Shown: one piece after another, positions 52,028 through 63,100 of the stretch
How the letters are laid out: each line of letters begins with the position of its first letter
Numbering within the stretch: position 1 is the first letter of the stretch
Source: Perna viridis
Lineage: Eukaryota
Length of the DNA stretch: 64,000 bases
Direction: 5' to 3'
NCBI GenBank assembly: GCA_037379345.1
Contig: CM074519.1
Location: forward strand, 35,428,103 to 35,492,102
Made by a program: the position numbers and the translations under genes
Notes under the pieces: model-generated
The model's input: the letters and a program-made list of their open reading frames with translations, nothing else
Told to the model about the DNA's origin: nothing
Database searches by the model: none

Positions 52028-54914
52028 TACGTAATTTAGTTATGCAAATTCTATTAGTTTTTGGAAGTCTTATTTGATATTTTTCAAGTGAAAATTCTAA
52101 TTTAAATGAACCAAAAATTTGTTCTTTTGAAGAATTATTTATGTCACTAAACCACTTTTGTATAAATTGATCTTGTAAAATTTTAGTGACATGATTTAAG
52201 TCAAACTGACCATCTTGATTTAAAAACACATATCTCATGCCGGTTCCATTAAATATACATTCAATATGATTCATCCATATAAAGCTCTCATTTCCATTAT
52301 ATTTCAGTTTATACAATAAAGAATACAATAAACTACTTAACTTATCTTTGTTATTGATAAGTCTATACCAAAACGATAAAATTCTTTTTAACTCTCACTT
52401 CTAAAGGAAAACGCCCCAATTTTCCAAAAACCATAAAATTAGGACACAAGCTTCGAACATTTAAAATTCTTTTTACAAAAACTAAGGTGTATTCTTTATA
52501 TAATTTGTAAATTGTCCTATCCCCAAATTTCAGAACCATAGAGTAAAATAGATTAAATCATAGCATCAAAAAGTATTAGTTGAAGATCAATAGGAATGTT
52601 CTGGGTTCTAATATTTTTATATATGCTAAACAAAGCTCTTTGAGCTTGGTTAACAAGCTTTTGTTTGGCGTTTGAAAAATTGCCATTGTACTTGAAAGAT
52701 AATCCTAGGTAGGGAAAGGTATCTGGAATTTCTATATTTTCGTCTTGTAATCTGAATTGAACGTTAATATAGCATTTCCGTTTAAAAAAATAATCCTAAT
52801 TTTTGTCTTCTCTACATTAACAATTGATTTCCAATAATTACAGTATTGTTGAAAAGTATTTAGTGCGTTCTGCATTCCATCAGAAGTTTCGGCTAATAGT
52901 ACTGTATCATTGGCATACAGAATTACAAACATTAAGAGTAAAATATCAAAATTACGGTCAGCTAGATCTTGCACCAAATACAACAGAGAGCATCCGCGAT
53001 CTTCAAGAAATTCCTCAAGATCGTTTCGAAAAATGGAGAAAAGGAAGGGAGATAAGTTTTCACCCTGTCGGACAACTGTCATACAGGGAAAAATCTGATT
53101 GTTCACCATCATATTGAACACAAGATTTAATATTATCATACATGTTGTATGTAACAGTGAATATCTTTCCTTTTATTCCATTCCATTAACTTCTTCCACA
53201 AGCCTGTTCTCCACACAAAGTCAATAAAGGCGCAAAATAATTTCTTTCTGTTTGATTGGTAAATCGATACGAGAGAATTCAAAATAAACAGGTTGTTTAT
53301 TGTTGAATGTTCCTTTCTAAATGAAGCTTGGTTTTCCGTTAATAAATCAACCTCATTAGCAAAGCACGTTAGACTAGTGTTTAGTATCAAGGTGAAGAGT
53401 TTTCCTACATAACTTATCAACTAGGTTGCTCTGAAGTTATCTGGGTTCATATTATCTCCCTTGTTTTTATACAGGGGTCGAATTATAACAACGGCCCACG
53501 TGTCTGGTGCAACATCCGTATTCAAAATAAGGTTGAATAGATTAACCAATAACTGAATCAATTTCGGAGGCGAGTTTTTTAGATACTCATTCAAAACACT
53601 ATCCAGACCTGGGTATTTCTCATTTTTCAATGATTCGATAGAACGACAAATCTCATCCTCAGCAATGTCATTATTTAATATAGATTCAATCTGCTGATTA
53701 TCACAAATAGTGTTTAAATCTACGACATCATCATCACCATCCTAATCATCATCATTAAGCTTCTTACAATAATCAAAAATGTATCTATATCCATAGGTGG
53801 GTTAGGTTTGCGAGTGCCATAAAATTTATTCAGTATTCTCCAAAAAACTTTAGAATCATACTTCGAATGAGATCTCAACTCCATAGCGGTTTTTTCTTGA
53901 TATCTTCGTAAACCTTTGTTAAGTTCCCGCTTATACTCTCGCGATTTTTTATTCAGAAGCTTTCTGTATAATCGGTTTTAACATGTTTATATTTACTTTT
54001 AGCCTCATGAAATGCACCCCGCTTAATACTGCATTCTTTAGTGAACCAAGGTTTACAATTATATTTTAAATTAGTCTTTGAATTGTGTGTACCAAATACA
54101 GATGTAGCATTTTCATTATAGAATACACATTAATCATTTACAATTGAATTTACTTGATCAAGGGTCGGTCACATGACTGTGTTCTACATTCATTAGTTTG
54201 TCTTCAATATTTTGTAAAACAAGTTCTGAATCATATCTCAAAACTTTCAGAAAATCACCTGCTTTACGCTGGTTCAATTTAACCCTTTCTTTACATGTAT
54301 TTTGTTTTATTATTTACCACTTTATCAGAGCCAGCGAGTAAAGAAATACAAAAAATTAACATGTTATACACATCTGAAAACATAGGATTAAAATCAATTA
54401 TTTCAAAGTCAGTAATTACATCGCACATATAAGGCAAGAGTAACAAATAATCAACTAGACTGACATTTTTACTGGTAGTTCGTCCTTGATTACTACAATA
54501 CACGGCCACTGTCAGCAAAAACGTTACACCTTTTACGTAGTTCTAACAGTTTTGAACCGTATCTATTAACACGACCAGCATCTTGACTGATTCTATCTAG
54601 TGGGATTTGTTTGTGCCTTAAACAGTCAAAACCAGAAAAAGATATGTTTTCGTCTGGAATATCTAAAACATCTAAAAGTTGCTCGTCAGGCACTACAAAA
54701 TCTGGTAAAATATCCGTTCGAGCGTTCACATCACCAACAACTAATGCATATCTTGTATTTTCTGAAAAAAAAAAACCAAACAAACAAACAAATCATATTG
54801 CTTTATCAATAGGTGAAAGTCAGGGTTCAGTAACTTTGATTCGATTCCACAAACGTTTAAGTCAGTAATGTTCAGTTTACTAATAAAACTGGTTCTATCG
54901 TCTGATGCGTTGTC
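52017..54914 (-). pseudogene. disrupted LINE ORF2 (endonuclease-reverse transcriptase)
   Basis: fragments in several frames of the ORF track; catalytic YADD changed to YAND near 52907-52918. Confidence 0.9.
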
Positions 54915-56954
54915 CTAGTCGTGGGGGTCACCGCCTTGATCTCTATTGTGAATTGGCGGTACGGGTGGAGGGTCAATACGAGATCTAATGTTGTACGGAC
55001 GTCCATCAACGGGAATTTGGTTATACACCATCGTAGCGCGTTTCCGTTGTCCCTGTAATTCTTTCAGTTTTGGGTAGAGTTTCCTACGACGTTCGACTAT
55101 TTCGTCTGGATATTATTGGTTAATTGTGTACTGAGGTTTTCCACCAGTTTGGATGCGGCCTTTCTTACCAGCTCATCGTCTTTGTCATTGACAAATCTTG
55201 CTATAATGTCTCTAGGTTTTCCGTCTCTTCTGGCACGAAGACGGTGAACATTCTGAAATTCGATGTCCTCAACGTCCGATATGTCTAGTTCCGTATGGAA
55301 GAAATGTTTTGAGACTGCCTCGTTTTTTTTTCAGTTTCAAAGTTGATTTCTGATATTCCACCACATAATCAAATTGTATTTCATCGAATGGCTTTGTAAT
55401 TTTATCAAGTTTTCTTTCAGTTCAAAATTTTCAGTTTCTAAGCCTTCATTTCAAGACAATTCATTCTTTCCTGTATCTCATTATGCTGTCACTCTTCAAC
55501 CCCCGAGTATATCTTTGTGCTGATTTTGGACAGTTTTGATTTCTTGAATCTCTGTTTTCATATCTGAAATTGCCTTTTCAAATTTTACAAAGTTTTCATT
55601 GATCTTATCGATAATATCAAGTTTCGAGAGTTCATCTTTCATTAAGGAGTCTATTTGATTAAACCGGTGGTTAAAAGCCTCCATAGTGGAGAAATTATTT
55701 GGAGAGATTTCGAATCGACTTGGTTTTGGGATATCGGTACTGGAATAGGCTGCTGTATAATGTTGTTTGGTGGCAGATTTTGTTGAGACTGAAGTGGCTG
55801 TATCCCAACAGACGCCTGTGGAGTACAGTTAGAACTCTGTTGTGGGTGTTTTAATTAATATTATGGCTTCATTCTCGAACAAGAGCACCATATAAGACAC
55901 TTACATACATGTGCATCAGTATTTAAAAATTCAGTATCAAGACTTTAACTTTTTCACGGCTACACTAAGTAAGATCATATAGTGTGTCAACTAGGCTTGC
56001 CAATGCATTCCATTGAATAGTTGATTATTGCTCTCTTTGTTTCTCGAGTTCCGCTATATATACAATACCACGCGTCGGTAGATGCTACTAACTCATCATA
56101 TTTGAATTGTTAACATTTTCACTTTTATATACTTAAAAATTTGGAATGAACAGTAAATTAAGGGAAACCGACCTTAATAATTAAGGAATCATTTTGAATA
56201 AAAAAGGTACCAAATTTTAACTGGAAGTAGATGAGATTCGTTATAAGAAGTAATCCTGGTACTTGATCTGTAGTTTTTTTCTCGCTCAGTCTCACCAAAG
56301 CGTTAAGTAAGTTTCCCCGGTAACACATGCTTTTTCGTTTTGTTAAATATCAAACTGATTATTTCTAATATAATATAATATCATGAGAGATATGCAGACA
56401 ACCAATTAACCAAAAATTACTTAAATTCCGTGGTCGATTATTCAAATATAAAAATAGCAAACACACAAAAATGTGAAGATTTGTAAAAGGCTAACCGGAA
56501 CGGGAAAGTCCCCTTCATTCAATAAAGTGTTTTGATATCGAAATAAAGATACTGAAATAAACCAGTATATTTCTAAAATCATTTGTTTCTAATAAAAGTA
56601 GAAATAAATGTTAAACGTATTGAAAACGCCCTGTAATAGGGCTTAATGTACATCTACAAGCACCTATTAACACAACGAACAGAAATTTTTAAAATAATTT
56701 TGTCGTTCATTTCCAGTTCGTGTGATAATTTGTTATATTATAAGAGCACATTAGTGTTAATTTGCTGTTCTACCGGTTACAGTTCTCATCATAGTATACA
56801 TGTACATACCAAATAATGTGAACAAATTATGAAACAGATGCAGAGAGAAGAAAATAAGCACATGTTCTAATTATAACAACAAGGATAGCCGCACGACTCA
56901 TCTTGGAAATAATACATCACCAAACTGGAAAAAAAAATCTATAACCCTGTAACA

Positions 56955-56955
<1 letters not shown>

Positions 56956-57012
<57 letters not shown>
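56956..57012. repeat. (CA)n microsatellite
   Basis: direct. Confidence 0.97.
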
Positions 57013-57015
<3 letters not shown>

Positions 57016-57584
57016 TATCAATCCTCTACTTAAAGCGTTTCCAAATAAGATATTTAACGATGTTCACATTAGGACGTCGTTGGTACAGATTCATGTAGCG
57101 CGAAAAAGAACCCCGAAAACCTTGGCGGGAACATTATAAATGATTACGTCATAATATTATATAATGAAAAATCCCGGGAGAGGTAATAATAATTTCATTC
57201 TAAATCGCGCGCTCAACCGAATGAAATTATATTTATTTCCTAATATATAAAAATCGGTCTTAATATGCTAAAATCACCATGATAAATATATTTTACGTTG
57301 GTTGCCCTGGTTCGTATAGATATATGAATCAACATGAATATCTACAGGAACAATAACTTTCCAATTTACGGTCATTTTTCTACGTAAAGTCGGTCTTGAC
57401 CGTATTGTATCTACTTCCTGTTTCCGATTCATTATTTTATACAGATGTTTTCCACATCGTTTAACTAACAGCTTTAGACATACAATATATATACCCAAAC
57501 AACATGATCGGACAACGTGATCAATATCAATGGGACAACACAGAGAAAAGTCATTTGAAATGAACCTATAAATTGCAATAAGCA

Positions 57585-58080
57585 AAAGAGTAATCAAGGA
57601 AACCAAGGTTATAGCGGTAATCAACAGAATACAATCCAGGGACAAAGACCAGACATGGAAAACAGATATACACAATAAAGAACATAAAGTTACTAAAATT
57701 AAACATAAACAATAACAAAAGCGAATGAGCAACTCGGACTCCACTCCACTAAAAACTGGAAGCATGGACCAGGTGCACCGGTAGAGTAATCGTCCTCTGC
57801 TTTTCTAGAAACACCCACCGAGTTGCTCATAAAAAGTCAAGTCCGGGGTAAACAAACGAAGAAAGGAAAATTATAACCCGTTGAATAAATCAGTTTTCAT
57901 GGTGCACATGGATACACCATAACGATCCACGAGTTCATGATGACGACCATAAAACTTCTGCAGTGATGCCTTCAATCTTGTAGCAACATAACCCTGTTCT
58001 AGAAGCCTATTTGTTAGAGTTCTAGCGCGATACCAAAAGTCGGTGTAGTTTCGGCAAGCTCTGGCATAACATATGAGTTG
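57585..58080 (-). mobile_element. 5'-truncated Penelope-like retroelement: RT C-terminal 69 aa plus structured 3' UTR
   Basis: 58080->57871 translates QLICYARACRNYTDFWYRARTLTNRLLEQGYVATRLKASLQKFYGRHHELVDRYGVSMCTMKTDLFNGL-stop, matching the SQLIRYARAC...QGY...KFYGRH pattern I recall for invertebrate Penelope-like RTs. Confidence 0.78.
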
Positions 58081-59039
58081 TTATTTGATCATTCCATCAA
58101 AATCAACAATTCAAAACACACGAAGGGCATTATAGCTTTCCAAAGGGCTGATGTGCATTCCCATACGATCTTGTTAGCCAAACGGACAGGTTATACGGAC
58201 CGTGTGTACGGACTTTCTGGTTGCTGAATCTGTAATGCCCGGACAGCTGTTTTGCCTTTGGCGTAGGGGCCTCTGGACCAATACAGCCAACCTCAAAGTT
58301 GAAGGTAATAAGGTGTTACTAAAATGCCGTATTGGCCATGGTATAATCCACACTTTATTACCTGTGACTATATTTACATGTATATGTAATAAAACGTGTT
58401 TTATTTTCATTTCTATGTCCAATATCTATACGTATGTAACACAAGTAAAATCTCAACATTAGTAAGGGTACCAAAAATTATTACTGATGCAATCATTGCA
58501 TTTGTATATAAGAACTTCTTTGGTTGGGGTCTTTTCCGCGCGTGTGTATGTGCATCCTATAAGCAGATACATAACATTGTACATTATTTTATGCATAGTA
58601 GCCCAATTTTTTGTTTGATTTTTGTTTGTTGTTAGTTATTTTTTATTGTTTGTTTTTCATTTTCATTGCCATGATTCTTTTTTTATCTGATTCTATTACG
58701 ATTACTGTTATACTGAAAAACGAAACGGTCTAATGAAATCTAATAAAAGCGAGAAACCAAAAATAAATTCAACCATAATATTCGAGCATAACCGGGAGAG
58801 GGGCTATGCATACTGAATGTTGCAGTTTGTTAAACCACGACACCAATATCAAAAATAAATTACATTTCTATGTTAAAATTCTAGTATTTTGATGTTAATC
58901 TAGTCTGCCAAAATACAAGCTTTTCTGTTAAGCCGATGTAAGCTCACATTTTGTAAGCCGAGAACATATCTGAGTTAGACATTTCACTTTTTTTACGGAT
59001 AAATTAAAGGAAACCAATCAACGTCTCTTAATAATTTGC

Positions 59040-59291
59040 ATACGTATCTATCCCCAAAATCAGTCCCCGCCTCGATGATTGGCGATATTTACTTAACTCA
59101 TCTTATTCCGGTTCTGTATGTGAAGATTGAACACATAATGTTCTCATTTAACATTAAAAAAAATCACATGAGACTCCTCTAAGAAGTCTTTACTGGTTGT
59201 CCTGACGATTGACGACTAACCAACTGTGCTAGAGCCTTTGCAGTCACATGATAATGCAGAGCTAATTTTTAGGACTATATTTGAGGTATGT
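59040..59291 (+). promoter_or_regulatory. possible promoter and non-coding first exon upstream of the LINE
   Basis: GC box CCCCGCC and inverted CCAAT (GATTGGC) at about 59065-59083; GAG/gtatgt donor at 59286. Confidence 0.3.
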
Positions 59292-59466
59292 CTATTCATA
59301 AGTTCAAACTTGAGTTAAATGTGAAAAAGGATTGTACAACTGACCATTGATTTGCGATTGGAACTGTGTAGACAAAAAGGCATTTTTTTTTGTTTCCTTC
59401 GTAAAAACAAAAATGACACTATCTAAGAATTAAGTAATCTAAGTATCATCTTAAGAATAATTTTAT

Positions 59467-60147
59467 TTGTATATACATATGTTTTATAATCTGATCACAA
59501 TTAAAGCTCTAAAAACTGACATAGACATTGATATGGCCCGTGAATCGTCACGCATGGACACCCTCGCTAAATCTTTAGAAACACTCACTACACGTATTGA
59601 TACTATACAGGGTATTGTTGACAATGTACCGGTCGATGAACATGGATTAGGCAATAACGGTCAAGCGAATACACAAAATGCTCACGGCAATCCACGTAGG
59701 CCAGATCCACTGAATGACAATGAAATCACCGTTATAGTTAAAAATGTTCCATATTCTGACGATGAAGATATAACCGAAAAAGCAAATAACATTATAAATA
59801 GTATCGGTGAAGATATATCAAATAACGTGAAAATTGTAGCAGCAGCTAGACTACGAAAGCGATTTCGTGACAAACCGGCATTGATAAAAGTCAGTTTCGA
59901 AAACTCAGATCAAAAAGTACTCGTTCTCCGAAATAAATATAAACCCAAAGAAGTTGATGAATATAAACGGGTGTTTATCCAGGGCGCGAAATCACGCATG
60001 GAGAGACTTCTTGAAACAAATGCGAGAACAATATTGAAAGAATTACCACACGGAAATTCGTACAGAATAACGGGAAGCGGACGCATTCTTAAGAAAAATG
60101 AAAACGTACCGATGGAGGCAAACGATATTCAAAACGATTCGGAATAG
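59467..60147 (+). CDS. LINE ORF1 (coiled coil + RRM-like/CTD nucleic-acid-binding protein); N-terminus uncertain
   Basis: heptad segment MDTLAKSLETLTTRIDTIQ; VIVKNVPY..EDI, ARL...KPALIKVSF, VFIQ typical of LINE ORF1. Confidence 0.8.
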   Translation: MYIHMFYNLITIKALKTDIDIDMARESSRMDTLAKSLETLTTRIDTIQGIVDNVPVDEHGLGNNGQANTQNAHGNPRRPDPLNDNEITVIVKNVPYSDDEDITEKANNIINSIGEDISNNVKIVAAARLRKRFRDKPALIKVSFENSDQKVLVLRNKYKPKEVDEYKRVFIQGAKSRMERLLETNARTILKELPHGNSYRITGSGRILKKNENVPMEANDIQNDSE

Positions 60148-63100
60148 GTACACGGCCGGTGCAACTGGACTATTAGCATAGCTCAGCTAAATGTTTGTGG
60201 TTGGACTGAAAATAACTCTTTATTACGAAAGCAGATTGTTAAAAATGTAGATGCCGATATATTCAGTATATGCGAAACGCACTTGAAAAATGATGATAAA
60301 CTAGAGATAGAAAATTATAAATGGATAGGATCGAATAGAAAAGAAATTCACAGAAACGCACCGAAAGGGTCTGGGGGTGTCGGACTTTTCGTCAAACATT
60401 GGATTAATCAGGAATATACTTCGGAAATAATAGACGCTACATACGATGGTATTCTATGTGTAAAATTTACTTCCAAAAGTACCGACCTCAGTTTCACCGT
60501 GATATCTTGTTATCTACCGCCGGAAAATTCAGTTTGGGGACGAGATTCACAAAGTTTCTTTGCGCATATCCTGTCAATCATGTACTCTTATAACGACTGT
60601 GACGCTCATATTATATGCGGAGACTTGAATGCGCGCATTGGATCCTTAAGCGACGTTTCAGAGTTTGATTCTGTACCGGAAAGGTCGTGCATTGATAAAG
60701 CAATTAATCAACATGGACATGCCTTTATAGACTTTTTGAACGAATCTAAAACGTGCGTTCTAAATGGAAGATATGATAATTCAAAAAACAATTATACGTG
60801 CATATCGGGAAAAGGAAAGTCAGTTGTCGATTATATATGCGTTCCACATGAAGCTTTACAGACATTCATTTCGTTCGAGGTTCGCACCATACGATCGATA
60901 GTTGAAAAATACGACTTATTTGGATACCTAAATGACCGCTCGAAAGTCCCGGATCATTCTGTACTAGAAACTAAAATGAACACACAAATTAATGTCGATA
61001 GTATAAGTAAAAAATCAGGAAGTGCTTTCAAAAAACGATATAAACTGAAGGTGATTCCGAACGATTTTTTCGCCTCTGATATATCGAAACAAGCAATACA
61101 AACACTTATAACACGTATTGAACGGACCCGTGAAACACAAAGCAACATAGATGGAATATATACGGATTTGTGCGATACTATCTTAAAGGAGATGGATGAT
61201 ACAATTCCTTGCTTTGCACCAAGTAACAACACGAAAAAACGTTTCCGAAATCATAAACCATACTGGAATGAAGAACTATCGACTCTTTGGAAAGACATGC
61301 ACTTTAAAGAGCGATCATTCTTAAAATGTACGGGAAATACAAATTCGAAACGATTAAAACGGCTCCAATTCCAAAGTGCACAAAAACTATTTGATCGTAG
61401 ATTGAGATTTTATGAAAGACGGCACCGAAATGCGTTCTGTGAGGAACTTGAAACAATGACAACAAAAAACCCTAACGAATTCTGGGCTAAAATACGTAAT
61501 ATGGGACCACGAAAACAATCCGAAATACCCATGGAAGTTTATGACGATGAACGAAATATTCTTAATGACGAAAATGAAGTTTGCGAAAAATGGAAATCCG
61601 AATTTGAAAAAATGTACAACAACACTAATGCAAATCAGGATTTTGATAATGAATTTTATAGACAATCGCTACAGCATAAAAATCTACTAGAAAACAACAT
61701 GTTAGATCCGTTATATCAATGTAACGAAGAATTAAATTCCAATATTACTATTGAAGAGGTCTCTGTAGTGATTAAAGCCACGAAAAATGGAAAAGCTACT
61801 GGTTTGGATAAAATACCATACGAAGTTCTTAAATCGCCGAACATCTTACCAATTCTACTATCTCTTTTTCAATGGATATTTGATACAAGTTTGATACCAT
61901 CTTTATGGAGAAAGGCAATATTGTTTCCCATCCTGAAAGACATGTCCTCCGATAAGCGAGAACCATTGAATTATAGAGGAGTGTGTCTACAGTCATGTAT
62001 ATCTAAACTGTTTAGCTCTTTTATGAACAATCGTCTAACTTCCTATTTAGAGGATAATGATTTACTTGCAGACGAGCAAAATGGATTCCGCCGACAAAGA
62101 TCATGTGAGGACCATGTTTTTACACTGAACAGTATAATTCGAAATAACCAAAATATAATAGCAACTTTCGTAGACCTGAAGAAAGCGTTCGATTTCGTAG
62201 ACCGTGATATGCTCCTTTATAAATTACTCTTAAAGAATATCGATGGTAAACTTTATAACTCTGTGAAAAGTATATATTCATTGACTTCAGCAAGCATACG
62301 AATAAACAATACTATGACAGACTGGTTCACGTGCTATTCAGGAGTTAAGCAAGGTGATAATTTGTCCCCGACTCTATTCTCGATATTCATAAATGACTTG
62401 GTTCAGGAAATAAATAACCTAGAGTTGGGTATCGATATCCATTCAAAAAAACTTTCACTGTTATTGTATGCCGACGACATAGTTATGTTTGCGACTAACG
62501 AGAATGACATGCAGCTTATGCTGAATACTCTTCACAACTGGTGTAAAAAGTGGCGAGTTCTCATTAACACGGACAAATCTAAAGTCGTTCATTTTCGATC
62601 GGGACGAAGACCAAGAACATCCTTCCAGTTTAAAATTGGTGATAATATGCTACAAATAACAGAACAATATAAGTATCTAGGCGTGATATTTCATGAAAAG
62701 AAGACATTCGAGTCAAATGCCGATAATCTTGCTAAGGCTGGAGGTCGTGCCCTCGGGGCCCTAATCTCAAAAGTGCACGGGCTAAAGGACTGTGGAGTTA
62801 ATACTTTTCAAAAACTGTTCTACTCATGTGTGGCTCCGATTATTGACTATAATGCTGCTATATGGGGATTTAAAGGTTTCAACTGTATTGACAATGTTCA
62901 AAATAAAGCAATCAGATACTTCTTAGGAGTACACAAGTTCGCACCTAAATCGGCAATAATCGGAGATATGGGTTGGTTACCATCACGACATAGACATTTT
63001 CAACATATGGTTAGATACTGGAATAGACTTATGAAAATGCCTGACGACAGATTATGTAAACAAGTGTTTCTGTGGGACTATAACAGATGTAACAATAACT

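Larger units (their letters stand above)
51485..56090 (-). mobile_element. decayed two-ORF non-LTR retrotransposon (CR1/L2-group LINE), probably near full length; ends approximate
   Basis: ORF1 remnants (coiled coil 55496-55684; FQNVHRL..PRDIIARF; YPDEIVERRRKLYP). ORF2 remnants: APE LNVCG, GDVNART, VDY; RT K.PGLD, P.YKNKGD, ENQASFR, VRQGENLSPFLF, YAND. Many stops and frameshifts. Confidence 0.92.

Noticed and set aside
57274-57765. 163-aa hydrophobic ORF, similar to the start of ORF 26018..26398
   Set aside because: Translation of the T-rich 3' UTR of the Penelope-like repeat; the similarity reflects repeat copies
58170-58400. GC-richer block with three ACGGAC words next to the Penelope-like fragment
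   Set aside because: Could not assign a tRNA head, coding signal or terminal repeats; left uncalled
60283-60285. Track start of the 1122-aa ORF
   Set aside because: It is a TTG inside the endonuclease domain; the open frame and conserved motifs begin at 60148
59682-61665. Antisense ORFs over the LINE (and those opposite myosin exons, e.g. 12561, 17159, 28241, 32292, 33830, 35289)
   Set aside because: Shadow ORFs of real coding sequence on the other strand
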